Assembly (NCBI GenBank): GCA_016188355.1
Contig: JACPHY010000009.1
Span: forward strand, 1 to 55,654
Source: Candidatus Uhrbacteria bacterium
GTDB taxonomy: Bacteria > Patescibacteriota > Patescibacteriia > JACPHY01
Reading direction: 5' to 3'
DNA length: 55,654 bases
Shown here: positions 47,018 through 55,395 of the stretch, piece by piece
How positions within the stretch are numbered: position 1 is the first letter of the stretch
Layout: the number at the start of each line of letters is the position of its first letter
Translations under genes and position numbers: made by a program
The notes under the pieces: generated by a model
What the model saw: the letters and a program-made list of their open reading frames with translations, nothing else
Told to the model about the DNA's origin: nothing
Database searches by the model: none

Positions 47018-49621
47018 TTACGCACTCGCCCCGCCCGTCCCCGCCACTCTTCTCGGAGACAGACGAACCCCCAAGCCCTTAAGCTGTGCGATCGCTTCCG
47101 GAGACAACTTCACTCCCCCTTCCCGTGCCCACCGCGTTGCATTCGCGAGTCCATCCGTGAAGTACTCATGCATCGCGTCCTCTTCAGACATCTGTGGATT
47201 CTTCCATTCCGATCGAATGGCATTCACGATCGATTCACGCTCCTGCGTAGCGATAGATTCCCAAACGGAACGCAACTGGGTCTGATCCACAGATTCCAAT
47301 TGACCATGAATCGATTCATGGATCACCGTATGCTTCGCAGAGCCCGTATCGCGCCCCTTGTTGACCAAATTCAGTGCCGACGATCCTGAGAGCGCATTCT
47401 TGATCTTCTCAATATCCGCATCCGCGTATCCCTGTCCCTGGAGCACGGTGCCAATCTGCTGGGCCACACGATCCTTATCGCCGCCCGTGAGGTGCACCCC
47501 GTTCCCCGAAAGTCCGAGCATGTTGAAGTCGATGGCCAATCGCGCTTCGCGCGAACCCCCGCCCTGCTCGGCCTGTCGCAGTAATTTCTGAAGTCCACTA
47601 ATCGCATTGGGATCATAACCCTCACGCTCACGATGTCGTTCGATTGATTTCGATGTGCGATCGTTCTCGTGATACTGCTCTCGGGAATAATATTTCGATG
47701 CATTCTGCTGATATTCTTTCGATGCAAAGAAATCTAAACCCCGATTTGCATGATCTTGCACCTGACGTTGCGTCTGCTGCTGTCGCTGCGCATCGTACCC
47801 CGCAGAGTATCTTGGACGTGGCCCCGGAGGGGGAGGAGGACCGCCGCCCGGGGGAGGATTTTGCCATGGTGGGATCGTGGGACTTCCAGGCATGGCTCCC
47901 GCAGTTGCCATCTTCGCATCACGACGCGCCTCAGCGCGATCGTTGTCTTTTTGCGCATCTGTTGTAGTGGGCGTCCAATGAACAGAACGTGATCGTAGCT
48001 GCGTTTGATATTCACGTTCCTCTTGCGCACTCAACCACTTCTGGTGGCTCTGGAAATTACCCAAATCACCAACAGCGCGCTGTTGGACAGCAGTACCTTT
48101 TTCGAAGATTGTTCTTCTTTGGCCAGCCGAAAGATCGCTACGAGTCTGTAATTCGTACAGTTCATTCGCACTGAGATCCAAAAGTTGATCATCTTTCAAT
48201 TTTCCGACAGTCGCTTTCCGCAACGCAGCATCCTTAATAGTAGAAGGAGCTCGTCTTCGTGCGGCATCGCGAAGGGCAACCGCATTCGCCCCCACCGCTG
48301 CTTGGTTGGCTAATCGACCGAGCATTTCCAGCTCCTTTGGCTTCCCTTTCAACTGCGCAATACGATTTGCCTGTTCCTCTTCTCGCTTTTTCCTGGCGGC
48401 ACCCACCGCAACCAATCCCCGCATCGCAAGATTGTTCGCAAGCGGAATACGAGAAGCGGCAACGGCGCCCAATCTGTTCTGTGCCCAATCACTCTGCACT
48501 CCTCGAGTAGCGACTGCTCGTGCTGCCGCATACCCTGTCCCGTACACCGCCGCTTTCTTTGCGGCCTTCGTCCCGTATTCCTTCGTCTTATCCACAATAC
48601 CCCCAAGCATCTTCGATCCCATTGCACCGGTTTTCGCGCCGATTTGGAGACCGGCGATCAGCATGGAGATGGCGATAACGAAAGAAATGATGGAGTCCGG
48701 CGTTCCCGCACTCGAACCCAATGCCGCTACACCATCGTTGTATTCCTGATTCGCGACATCAGAACCGCCGACCGTCGCATCTTTCCTGATTTCTGTCCCA
48801 GTCTGTCCAGAACCCGCCGTGACCAACGCTAACCATAAAAAGAATGCGAGCACCGGACCCGTAGTGAGATATTTTCCAAATTCGGACCACCATTCACTCG
48901 CGTATTTTTTCCCTTGCGGGATCGCATTCAAGAGATACGGCAGCGGCGATAGCACGACGAGCGCCCAGAGCATCACGATGCGATACGCGAGAATGACGGT
49001 CATGACCACGCAAGTGGCAAGCGCAATCGCGAGCAGCACGGCCGCGAGCAAATAGGTACCAACCACCTTCAAAATATCCACACCCGCACCTTCGGTATAC
49101 GTGAGGGAGATCATCTGCTGCAGCTGAAATGCCTGTGCAAAATTCCCTGCGGCTGCGGCCGCGAATCCATTCACGAACGTCATCATGGCCACCTGCGACA
49201 GATCGATAAAAATGCCGGCGATGGTCTTGGAGAAATTGATGAAAATCGCACCGAATACGAGCTTCGGCAACAGCGTCTGTACCTGGTACTCCTTTACGCT
49301 CAATATCGTTCCGAATGCGATGACCAGCAGCGCAACAATGAAAAACATGTTCGCAATATCGCGAACGATCACCCACCCATTCGTCACCGCCGTGCTCGTC
49401 ACGAAACTATTGTATTGTGCAACGAGCGTGAGCACGTAAATCACGAGCAAGAGCAGCTTCCCCAAAAACTGCACAATCACGGAAAGGAAAATGCCGAGCC
49501 ATTCCGCAATGGTTTGGGTGACTGTCGATGTCGCAAATCCCGGAATGGGCGATGCCGCGACCACACCCAACACGATCACCGCGAAAACGCCAATAACCGC
49601 CCGCACGGCAGTGGGGCGCAT
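47018..49621 (-). CDS. large polytopic membrane protein, VirB6/TrbL-like N-terminal half with long hydrophilic C-terminal half
   Basis: ATG at 49621 is preceded by GGGAGG (9 nt) and gives MRPTAVRAVIGVFAVIVLGVVAASP (signal-like). An alternative ATG at 49666 has no SD. At least 7 TM helices in the first 400 aa, then a charged/Pro-rich region (PPGGGPPPPPGPRP). Confidence 0.65.
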   Translation of the reverse strand: MRPTAVRAVIGVFAVIVLGVVAASPIPGFATSTVTQTIAEWLGIFLSVIVQFLGKLLLLVIYVLTLVAQYNSFVTSTAVTNGWVIVRDIANMFFIVALLVIAFGTILSVKEYQVQTLLPKLVFGAIFINFSKTIAGIFIDLSQVAMMTFVNGFAAAAAGNFAQAFQLQQMISLTYTEGAGVDILKVVGTYLLAAVLLAIALATCVVMTVILAYRIVMLWALVVLSPLPYLLNAIPQGKKYASEWWSEFGKYLTTGPVLAFFLWLALVTAGSGQTGTEIRKDATVGGSDVANQEYNDGVAALGSSAGTPDSIISFVIAISMLIAGLQIGAKTGAMGSKMLGGIVDKTKEYGTKAAKKAAVYGTGYAAARAVATRGVQSDWAQNRLGAVAASRIPLANNLAMRGLVAVGAARKKREEEQANRIAQLKGKPKELEMLGRLANQAAVGANAVALRDAARRRAPSTIKDAALRKATVGKLKDDQLLDLSANELYELQTRSDLSAGQRRTIFEKGTAVQQRAVGDLGNFQSHQKWLSAQEEREYQTQLRSRSVHWTPTTTDAQKDNDRAEARRDAKMATAGAMPGSPTIPPWQNPPPGGGPPPPPGPRPRYSAGYDAQRQQQTQRQVQDHANRGLDFFASKEYQQNASKYYSREQYHENDRTSKSIERHREREGYDPNAISGLQKLLRQAEQGGGSREARLAIDFNMLGLSGNGVHLTGGDKDRVAQQIGTVLQGQGYADADIEKIKNALSGSSALNLVNKGRDTGSAKHTVIHESIHGQLESVDQTQLRSVWESIATQERESIVNAIRSEWKNPQMSEEDAMHEYFTDGLANATRWAREGGVKLSPEAIAQLKGLGVRLSPRRVAGTGGASA

Positions 49622-49790
49622 CAATCGGATCCTCCCGATCCCGATCTTATGCACGAATGAAATCATGCGGCGCTATTCGGTTCTATTTCAGTATAGCGGA
49701 TTATGACACGGTGCGGGCGGGAAAATCCGTAGAATGGCAGTACTCACACCGCGAAACTGTGGAAATCTCTTCCAACCACAGACATCATCC

Positions 49791-49819
49791 TTGACACCCC
49801 GCCGCCTTTTTCTCATACT
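49791..49819 (+). promoter_or_regulatory. promoter-like TTGACA-N17-CATACT
   Basis: TTGACA 49791-49796, 17-nt spacer, CATACT 49814-49819. About 40 nt upstream of the ATG at 49859. In the divergent spacer with the T4SS-like operon. Confidence 0.45.
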
Positions 49820-49858
49820 CTCCTCACAGCTTCTTTCACAATTCTGGGGGAATACGCC

Positions 49859-50314
49859 ATGCGCAATGGAACGCTCATGCTCTGGTACATAACCTGCACC
49901 GCCGGATGCGCGACCACGCTCGCTGGGAACCACGAACCAATCGCGGTGCTCCACGAACGGCCTCCCGGGTGTCGCCCATCACAGTGGGGCGCGCAGTGTC
50001 TCGAGATCGTGAACACACTGCCCGCTCCGGTATTGATCTGCGTAGATGGCGCCTGTCTCCGCATGGCGGGCGATCCGAACGGGCTCATGCCCAGCGGCGC
50101 AATCGCGTACATCCGCGTGGAGCGACAGGTCGCAGCGCATACGCTCACGTACACGGCGTTCGATGAGGTCCGCACTCGACACATCGCACTCCGGACGCCG
50201 AGCATACTCTGGCGCTGCTCCCTCCCGTTCTCCATGCAACCCTATCGACGTACTTCCTGGGGCGGGCACTCCATTCGGCTAGGACAGCAGCTGGCGGACT
50301 GTCAGATGCGGTGA
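49859..50314 (+). CDS. small putative lipoprotein
   Basis: MRNGTLMLWYITCTAGC lipobox-like TAGC; 8 Cys; GC-rich third positions; GGGGGA about 8 nt upstream. Confidence 0.5.
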   Translation: MRNGTLMLWYITCTAGCATTLAGNHEPIAVLHERPPGCRPSQWGAQCLEIVNTLPAPVLICVDGACLRMAGDPNGLMPSGAIAYIRVERQVAAHTLTYTAFDEVRTRHIALRTPSILWRCSLPFSMQPYRRTSWGGHSIRLGQQLADCQMR

Positions 50315-50351
50315 GTCCCGCAAAGCACCGTAAAGAAGGAGCAGGAACATC

Positions 50352-51005
50352 ATGAAAGGTGCCTTGGCACTGGCGACCATGGCCCTCAGTGCCGGCTGCG
50401 CTACCCATCGCATGTACGACCCCTACTGCGGAGCGTTTACCGGAACGCAAATGGAATACGAACGGTTCATTGCGGATTGCGAGGCGCTCCGCACGACACG
50501 CGCCATGCGCTCGCGCAATGCACAGGATGAGGCGATCGCCGAAGATCTCCGCGGCGCGCTCAATGCAGAAGTCCATCGCAATGGCCTGCAGCACGCCGCA
50601 CCGGAGTACGTGGCCACCACGCTGCTCCAATCGCTTGCACAGCGCGACCTCCTGCGGGCGTCCACGCGACTCGCCGTACTCCCGCCGGATTGCCGCGTCG
50701 CGGATGCGTACTGCGTTGCCGTACAGGCCCGCATGGAACAGCAGATCGTCGCCGCCAATCAATGCACCGTCATTGAACGCGTCCGCCTCCTCGAAATCCT
50801 TCACGAACTGCACTACCAGCAGAATCCCGCGGGATTCGATGAGGAAAGCGCGGTGGAGGTGGGTCGATTCGTGGGCGCCACGCACGTACTCCTCCTCACG
50901 GTGACTGCACCTCCGGAGCAACGCGCCCTCGATCTCAGCGCGCGCGTCGTCGACGTCGAGCATGCCATTATCGTCGCGAGCGCCCACGAAACGTTCCGCA
51001 ACTAG
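50352..51005 (+). CDS. lipoprotein with CsgG/LpoB-like fold signature
   Basis: MKGALALATMALSAGC lipobox; AAGGAG SD. C-terminal CTVIERVRLLEILHELHYQQNPAGFDEESAVEVGRFVGATHVLLLTV matches the ER..L..I..E...Q......d...a...G...GA......G.v pattern of CsgG/LpoB-type lipoproteins. Confidence 0.5.
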   Translation: MKGALALATMALSAGCATHRMYDPYCGAFTGTQMEYERFIADCEALRTTRAMRSRNAQDEAIAEDLRGALNAEVHRNGLQHAAPEYVATTLLQSLAQRDLLRASTRLAVLPPDCRVADAYCVAVQARMEQQIVAANQCTVIERVRLLEILHELHYQQNPAGFDEESAVEVGRFVGATHVLLLTVTAPPEQRALDLSARVVDVEHAIIVASAHETFRN

Positions 51006-51006
51006 C

Positions 51007-51031
51007 AATACCGGCCCATTGGGCCGGTATT
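51007..51031 (+). terminator. hairpin terminator
   Basis: aataccggccc att gggccggtatt, immediately after the stop at 51005. Confidence 0.5.
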
Positions 51032-51035
51032 TCCA

Positions 51036-51064
51036 TTGACACGCCGATCACCTTCCGACATACT
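51036..51064 (+). promoter_or_regulatory. promoter-like TTGACA-N17-CATACT
   Basis: TTGACA 51036-51041, 17-nt spacer, CATACT 51059-51064, the same hexamers as at 49791. The 13-mer tccattgacacgc is also present at 9064-9076. Confidence 0.45.
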
Positions 51065-51113
51065 TCCTGCACGTCTTGCACCTTCCCAATTCGACATGGC
51101 CTGAGGGGTTCAC

Positions 51114-52193
51114 ATGCAACGAAACCGCGCCGTGCTCCCGCTCTTCTGCTTCGCGCTCCTCCTCCATCTCGGCTGCGCACATGCCATTACGATCGGATAT
51201 CGCCCTGCGCCACCCATGGACGCACGTACCCAAATCGTGACCCTCGTCACCGGTGACGACGCTCGCGTCATCACGGTACTCCCACTCGTCGCGGGCGTGC
51301 AGGATGCGACCTATCACGTAGAGGCGCGCACCGCATTCGCGTTGGCCGCAGATGCCACCGATCTCGTCGGGTCGTTCTCGTGGCCAGCTGCGACCGACGT
51401 GCGCAAGCTCTTCACTCCGCTCGCATCCGTACTAGAACAATTGGGTGTCCCTACCGCTCCACCCAGCATCCTCGAGCGAGACACGATCCGCTTCGACACC
51501 CAGTATCTCCTCTTGGGCACCAATGAACGCGCGCTCATCGACCGCGCATCTTGGCTCCTCTTCCAGTGGCTCCCGCATGTGGTGGGCGCACGCACCTTCG
51601 ACTCGTTCACCCTCTCGCTCGTTCCCACGACTGCCACCCCCATTGTGGGAATCACCGCGCCCCACATCTTCACCCAACTTCGCTATCGCACACAACCACC
51701 GGACGCGATACGCGCAGCATTGGCATCCGAGCAAACCGCCGGGCAGCTCTTCGGCCTGCTCCATGGACTCCTCCGCCGCTGCCTCCAACGGGAACCGTAC
51801 GGACGATTTATCGTGGATACGCCCAATGCCGCACCCGTGCCATCGCGCGCGCTCTGCGGCATCATGCAACTCCCCTCGTTCCAGCATTTCCCAGAAGCCG
51901 TGCAGCTCTTCGTTCTGCACACGGTCCTTGTGCCTCCCCCGCGCGATCTGACGCTCACCACAACGAGCACGACGGAGACGCCCACGAACACATTCCCGAT
52001 GGATGGACCACAACTGCGGCGCATGCAGATCGCCGACGGCTTCGCCTTCCTCGCGACAACACTCCAGCAACAAAAACTGCAACGCGGACTCCTCCTCATC
52101 GAGAGCGGAGACCTGGAGGTCGTGGAAAAAACCGCCCGCGATCTCAAAATCACGCTCCACGTCATTTGCACTCCACGCGGATGTACACCGTAG
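51114..52193 (+). CDS. putative lipoprotein, unknown function
   Basis: MQRNRAVLPLFCFALLLHLGC lipobox-like; GAGGGG SD; 359 aa; intrinsic terminator downstream. Confidence 0.55.
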   Translation: MQRNRAVLPLFCFALLLHLGCAHAITIGYRPAPPMDARTQIVTLVTGDDARVITVLPLVAGVQDATYHVEARTAFALAADATDLVGSFSWPAATDVRKLFTPLASVLEQLGVPTAPPSILERDTIRFDTQYLLLGTNERALIDRASWLLFQWLPHVVGARTFDSFTLSLVPTTATPIVGITAPHIFTQLRYRTQPPDAIRAALASEQTAGQLFGLLHGLLRRCLQREPYGRFIVDTPNAAPVPSRALCGIMQLPSFQHFPEAVQLFVLHTVLVPPPRDLTLTTTSTTETPTNTFPMDGPQLRRMQIADGFAFLATTLQQQKLQRGLLLIESGDLEVVEKTARDLKITLHVICTPRGCTP

Positions 52194-52246
52194 CAAACAT
52201 ACCGCCATGACCGTTACCCAAACGCCGCCGCGCCATGATCGCATTC

Positions 52247-52278
52247 ATCCACCGTCCTCAAGGAGTCGGTGGATTTTT
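52247..52278 (+). terminator. intrinsic terminator
   Basis: atccaccg / cggtggat stem with 12-nt loop, followed by a TTTTT run (52274-52278). Confidence 0.65.
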
Positions 52279-52322
52279 GATTGCTGGCACAAGTACGATC
52301 GGTATCATGAATACCAGTATCT

Positions 52323-53117
52323 ATGCCTGAAAAATTTTCACCACCCTCCGAAGAAACGCCGCCAAACAGCACCGAAACCACAGAACAGCAGAAAAACCCT
52401 CCGGAACTTGCGGATTTTCACCATTTCGTCGCGGATGAACTGGAGTTCGTGGATCGGTCCACGATCGAACGACTTGCACCGGCAACGCAGCTTCGGCTGT
52501 TGCAGGAGTATTGGAATGTACCGGCTTCGGTCGATCATTTTCAACGGCTCGCGGGGATGTTTACGGAGATCAATACTGCCTCCACGCCGACCACCGAAGC
52601 GGCCAACTTACTCGAGTACGAGCAGCGACGCGATCAATATATTTCCTACCTCCTCCACAAGCTCCCCCTGGAACTCCGCGAACGATGGACAACGGAAATG
52701 GACGAGCACCCCAACGACGCATTGCCGCGTTTGCAGCGCGCAGTCGCACGTACGGATCTCGGGCTTGTATTAGGATTCCATGTGACACGTCGGCCACTCG
52801 CCGGAGACCGCGTATGGACGGCAATGGCTTCGGACGTATTCGACGAATTGACGACAGTTGCCGACGCTCCGGATATCGCCCCTATTGATGCGCGCGCAAA
52901 ATCTTGGTACTCCCTTGATCCGAACCATCTCTACGGACATCGCGCACGGTATCTCTATCTCATTGAGGGATCTCGTGGCGATATCGGATCGCCGAGAGAA
53001 TTCTTGCCCGGCCACATTTGGAGTTCCGCTCCGCTCCGCATTCGACACCACATCCCACTCACTCCCGCGATCGTCAGGGCGCTCGATCTCCACTTCGATC
53101 CCTGGAAAGGCGCATAG
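52323..53117 (+). CDS. hypothetical protein, cassette gene A copy 1
   Basis: 264 aa; intact ORF. Paralog of 54080..54884, e.g. FVADELEFV, YLLHKLPLELRERW, AKSWYS(L/I)DP(N/H)HLYGHRAR, EGSRGDIGSPREF.PGHIWS.APLRIR.HIPLTP shared. No family recognised. Confidence 0.6.
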   Translation: MPEKFSPPSEETPPNSTETTEQQKNPPELADFHHFVADELEFVDRSTIERLAPATQLRLLQEYWNVPASVDHFQRLAGMFTEINTASTPTTEAANLLEYEQRRDQYISYLLHKLPLELRERWTTEMDEHPNDALPRLQRAVARTDLGLVLGFHVTRRPLAGDRVWTAMASDVFDELTTVADAPDIAPIDARAKSWYSLDPNHLYGHRARYLYLIEGSRGDIGSPREFLPGHIWSSAPLRIRHHIPLTPAIVRALDLHFDPWKGA

Positions 53118-53126
53118 AACGAAAAA

Positions 53127-53148
53127 CCGCCAGCGATAGTGCTGGCGG
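53127..53148. terminator. hairpin between convergent A1 and B1 (conserved in copy 2)
   Basis: ccgccagc gatagt gctggcgg. An identical stem with loop gataat occurs at 54872-54893. Confidence 0.5.
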
Positions 53149-53163
53149 ATCAGCAGTGCCATC

Positions 53164-53682
53164 TCATGAGGGCGCGTCGAGCACCTGCCAGGCAGTGTCG
53201 GGGTACATCACCTGGAACCACGCATTCTCCGCAAGCTCATTTCGCTGCGGAAATTGCGAAGGCGCGATACGGGAGATGAGCAGCGCGGCGAGATATCGCA
53301 GGCCGTCCATCTCCGCGGTCATGGCGTCCACGAGTGCAGCATTCTGCGCTGCGACCATCACATTCGGCGCGCATGCCTGCGCCATACGCGCACGGAGCTG
53401 CGCAATATCTACACGCATCGACTCCTGTGGCGTGTGGGGCAACCCGGCAATGGGTCGAACGAGGCTCACATAACCCTCGAACTGCCGGTACGCATGACAC
53501 CGAAGTCCGAACCGTTGCACAGGATCCCGACAGGCGAGCGGGAACCGGAAACCTTTCGGCAGTCGATAGAAGTACCCGTCTTTCGAGTCGAGTAGCGCGC
53601 CAAACGGATGCCGCATCAACCGCTCAACCGGCAAGAGCCAGCGATCAAGGACTACCGCCGGGACTTGGACTTCTGCGTCCAC
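53164..53682 (-). CDS. hypothetical protein, cassette gene B copy 1
   Basis: Track ORF 53164..53745 (ATG). GTG at 53682 preceded by GAGGGA is closer to where similarity with paralog 54901..55395 begins (LDRW..P..RL..HP.GALL...FRFPL.CRDP). It overlaps the TraR-like gene by 31 nt (94 nt if the ATG is used). Confidence 0.5.
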   Translation of the reverse strand: MDAEVQVPAVVLDRWLLPVERLMRHPFGALLDSKDGYFYRLPKGFRFPLACRDPVQRFGLRCHAYRQFEGYVSLVRPIAGLPHTPQESMRVDIAQLRARMAQACAPNVMVAAQNAALVDAMTAEMDGLRYLAALLISRIAPSQFPQRNELAENAWFQVMYPDTAWQVLDAPS

Positions 53683-53942
53683 GACTTCCCTCGTGATTGG
53701 TCGTACACGGTCACGCAATCCACACACCAGACGGTTTCCGGACATGCTGCACGTCGTGCGGATGGAATTGGCGCGCCACAGGTGACGCAGTGGTCGGGCA
53801 TGGTCCCATCTGGCCGCCGATGCGCGAGCGCACGTTCCGTGCGGATGATGTAGTGCTCTGCTTGCAATCGAATCTCCGGATCCTCATCCGAATTCCGGTG
53901 GCGCTTCGTTTGCTCGAGGTACTTTTGCGAAAGATCGATCAT
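53652..53942 (-). CDS. TraR/DksA-type C4 zinc-finger protein
   Basis: ATG at 53942 preceded by AAGGAGGAGG. MIDLSQKYLEQTKRHR...CVTCGAPIPSARRAACPETVWCVDC (CxxC-N17-CxxC); 96 aa. The track start 53987 extension is unnecessary. Confidence 0.7.
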   Translation of the reverse strand: MIDLSQKYLEQTKRHRNSDEDPEIRLQAEHYIIRTERALAHRRPDGTMPDHCVTCGAPIPSARRAACPETVWCVDCVTVYDQSRGKSWTQKSKSRR

Positions 53943-53968
53943 GCACCTCCTCCTTGGTGAGCAGGGAG

Positions 53969-53997
53969 ACGATACCAGAGCACGCACAGGGAGTCAA
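53969..53997 (-). promoter_or_regulatory. promoter TTGACT-N17-TATCGT driving TraR-like/B1
   Basis: The reverse strand reads gcTTGACTccctgtgcgtgctctggTATCGTctccctgc. Identical hexamers, spacing and flanks (GC..., ...C.CCCTGC) recur at 55473-55501. Confidence 0.55.
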
Positions 53998-54079
53998 GCT
54001 TCTATTTTTTCACGCCCAATCCTGGAGTACGCTGAAACCATATCATTGCCGTCGCTCAGTTCGAGTGCTCGCACGCGAT

Positions 54080-54884
54080 ATGCCAGAACGATTCTCGCTA
54101 CCTTCTACCGAAGATGCGTCCCCGCGCACTGGAAGCACGGATCCCGTGCACCCAGAAATCCCGCCCGAGCTCGAGGAATTCCGCTACTTCGTAGCGGATG
54201 AGTTGGAGTTCGTGAATCGAACTACGGTTGAGCAGCTCACGCCCGCAGAGCAACTACAATTACTCGTGGACCACTGGCGCTCACCGGCATCTTTCGCGCA
54301 CTTCCAGCAACTCCTCGAGCGAGTGGGAGCAACACCCGATCCCCTCCCATCCGCCACTTCCCTGGAATCGCCAACGACCAATGACATAAACAATCAATAC
54401 GTATTCTACCTCCTCCATAAACTCCCCCCTCGAGCTCCGTGAACGATGGGAAGAGGAACTTGAAGCTCGCCCCCACACCGCACTTCCACGACTCATCCGT
54501 GCCGTCGCCCAACCCCAATCTGGACTCCTCCTGGGATTCCATGTCTCACCACGCCCCATTGCTCAGGATCGCATTTGGGCGACATCCAGCGCCGATGAAT
54601 TTTCGGCGCTGGGCCAAGTAACGGATACGTCGCAGGCAACCACGATCAATGCGCAGGCGAAATCCTGGTATTCGATTGACCCGCATCATCTGTACGGGCA
54701 CCGCGCACGCCACCTCTCTCTCGTGGAGGGATCGCGTGGGGATATTGGTTCGCCCCGAGAATTCGCACCTGGGCACATTTGGAGTGCGGCTCCACTCCGC
54801 ATCCGACAGCACATTCCACTCACACCCACGGTCATTCGCGTACTCGATCTCCACTTCGATGCAACGACAAACCGCCAGCGATAA
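54080..54884 (+). pseudogene. cassette gene A copy 2, interrupted by a +1 frameshift in a C6 run
   Basis: MPERFSLPS... parallels copy 1. At 54424-54429 there are six C where copy 1 (52664-52668) has five. Frame 0 stops at 54440-54442. Removing one C restores KLPLELRERW and an open, conserved frame to the TAA at 54882-54884. Confidence 0.65.
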
Positions 54885-54893
54885 TGCTGGCGG
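54872..54893. terminator. hairpin between convergent A2 and B2
   Basis: ccgccagc gataat gctggcgg; it overlaps the A2 stop codon. Confidence 0.45.
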
Positions 54894-54900
54894 ACAGGAC

Positions 54901-55395
54901 TTAGGAGGGCAGAGGGAACGCCTCCCATGGGATGGAGGGGTCAACAACCCGCATAAACCAATTCCACTCCAGTGTATCGCCCTCAGGGAAACGCGCTGGC
55001 CGCTTCCCGAAGATCACCATCGCAGCAAACAGTCGCAATCCGTCGACCTCTGAAGTCATCGCGTCAAGCAGGTCGGCATTGGATGCCACCATCGCAGAGC
55101 GATCCCCAATCGCCATGGCCAGGCGTGCGCGTGCCTGGTTCCGATCCACACAGACCACCTCATGTGGCGTGCTCGGGAGCTCGATGGCGGGAAGCACTGC
55201 CCCCATGTACCCGGTGATGAGGATACGTACATGGTGTCGATAGTTGGATCCCCGAATAGGGTCTCGGCAGGGCAACGGAAACCGGAAGTCGCGTGGGAGG
55301 TGGTAAAAGAATCCATCCCGGTCACGACACGTGAGCAGTGCCCCCAAGGGGTGCTGTGCCAACCGATCGAGCGGCACCATCCATCGATCAAGCAC
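54901..55395 (-). CDS. hypothetical protein, cassette gene B copy 2 (start unclear)
   Basis: Paralog of 53164..53682. The track start is GTG 55395, immediately abutting GGAGGAG (spacing too short). Next ATG at 55380. The well-placed SD+GTG at 55436 is in another frame. Confidence 0.45.
   Translation of the reverse strand: MLDRWMVPLDRLAQHPLGALLTCRDRDGFFYHLPRDFRFPLPCRDPIRGSNYRHHVRILITGYMGAVLPAIELPSTPHEVVCVDRNQARARLAMAIGDRSAMVASNADLLDAMTSEVDGLRLFAAMVIFGKRPARFPEGDTLEWNWFMRVVDPSIPWEAFPLPS

Noticed and set aside
38065-49666. The T4SS-like cluster next to three tRNA genes as an integrative conjugative element.
   Set aside because: No integrase, relaxase, coupling protein or tRNA-derived direct repeat was seen. 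Flanking genes (cutA, comF) are chromosomal-type, and I saw no obvious compositional break. The cluster is treated as a resident system instead.
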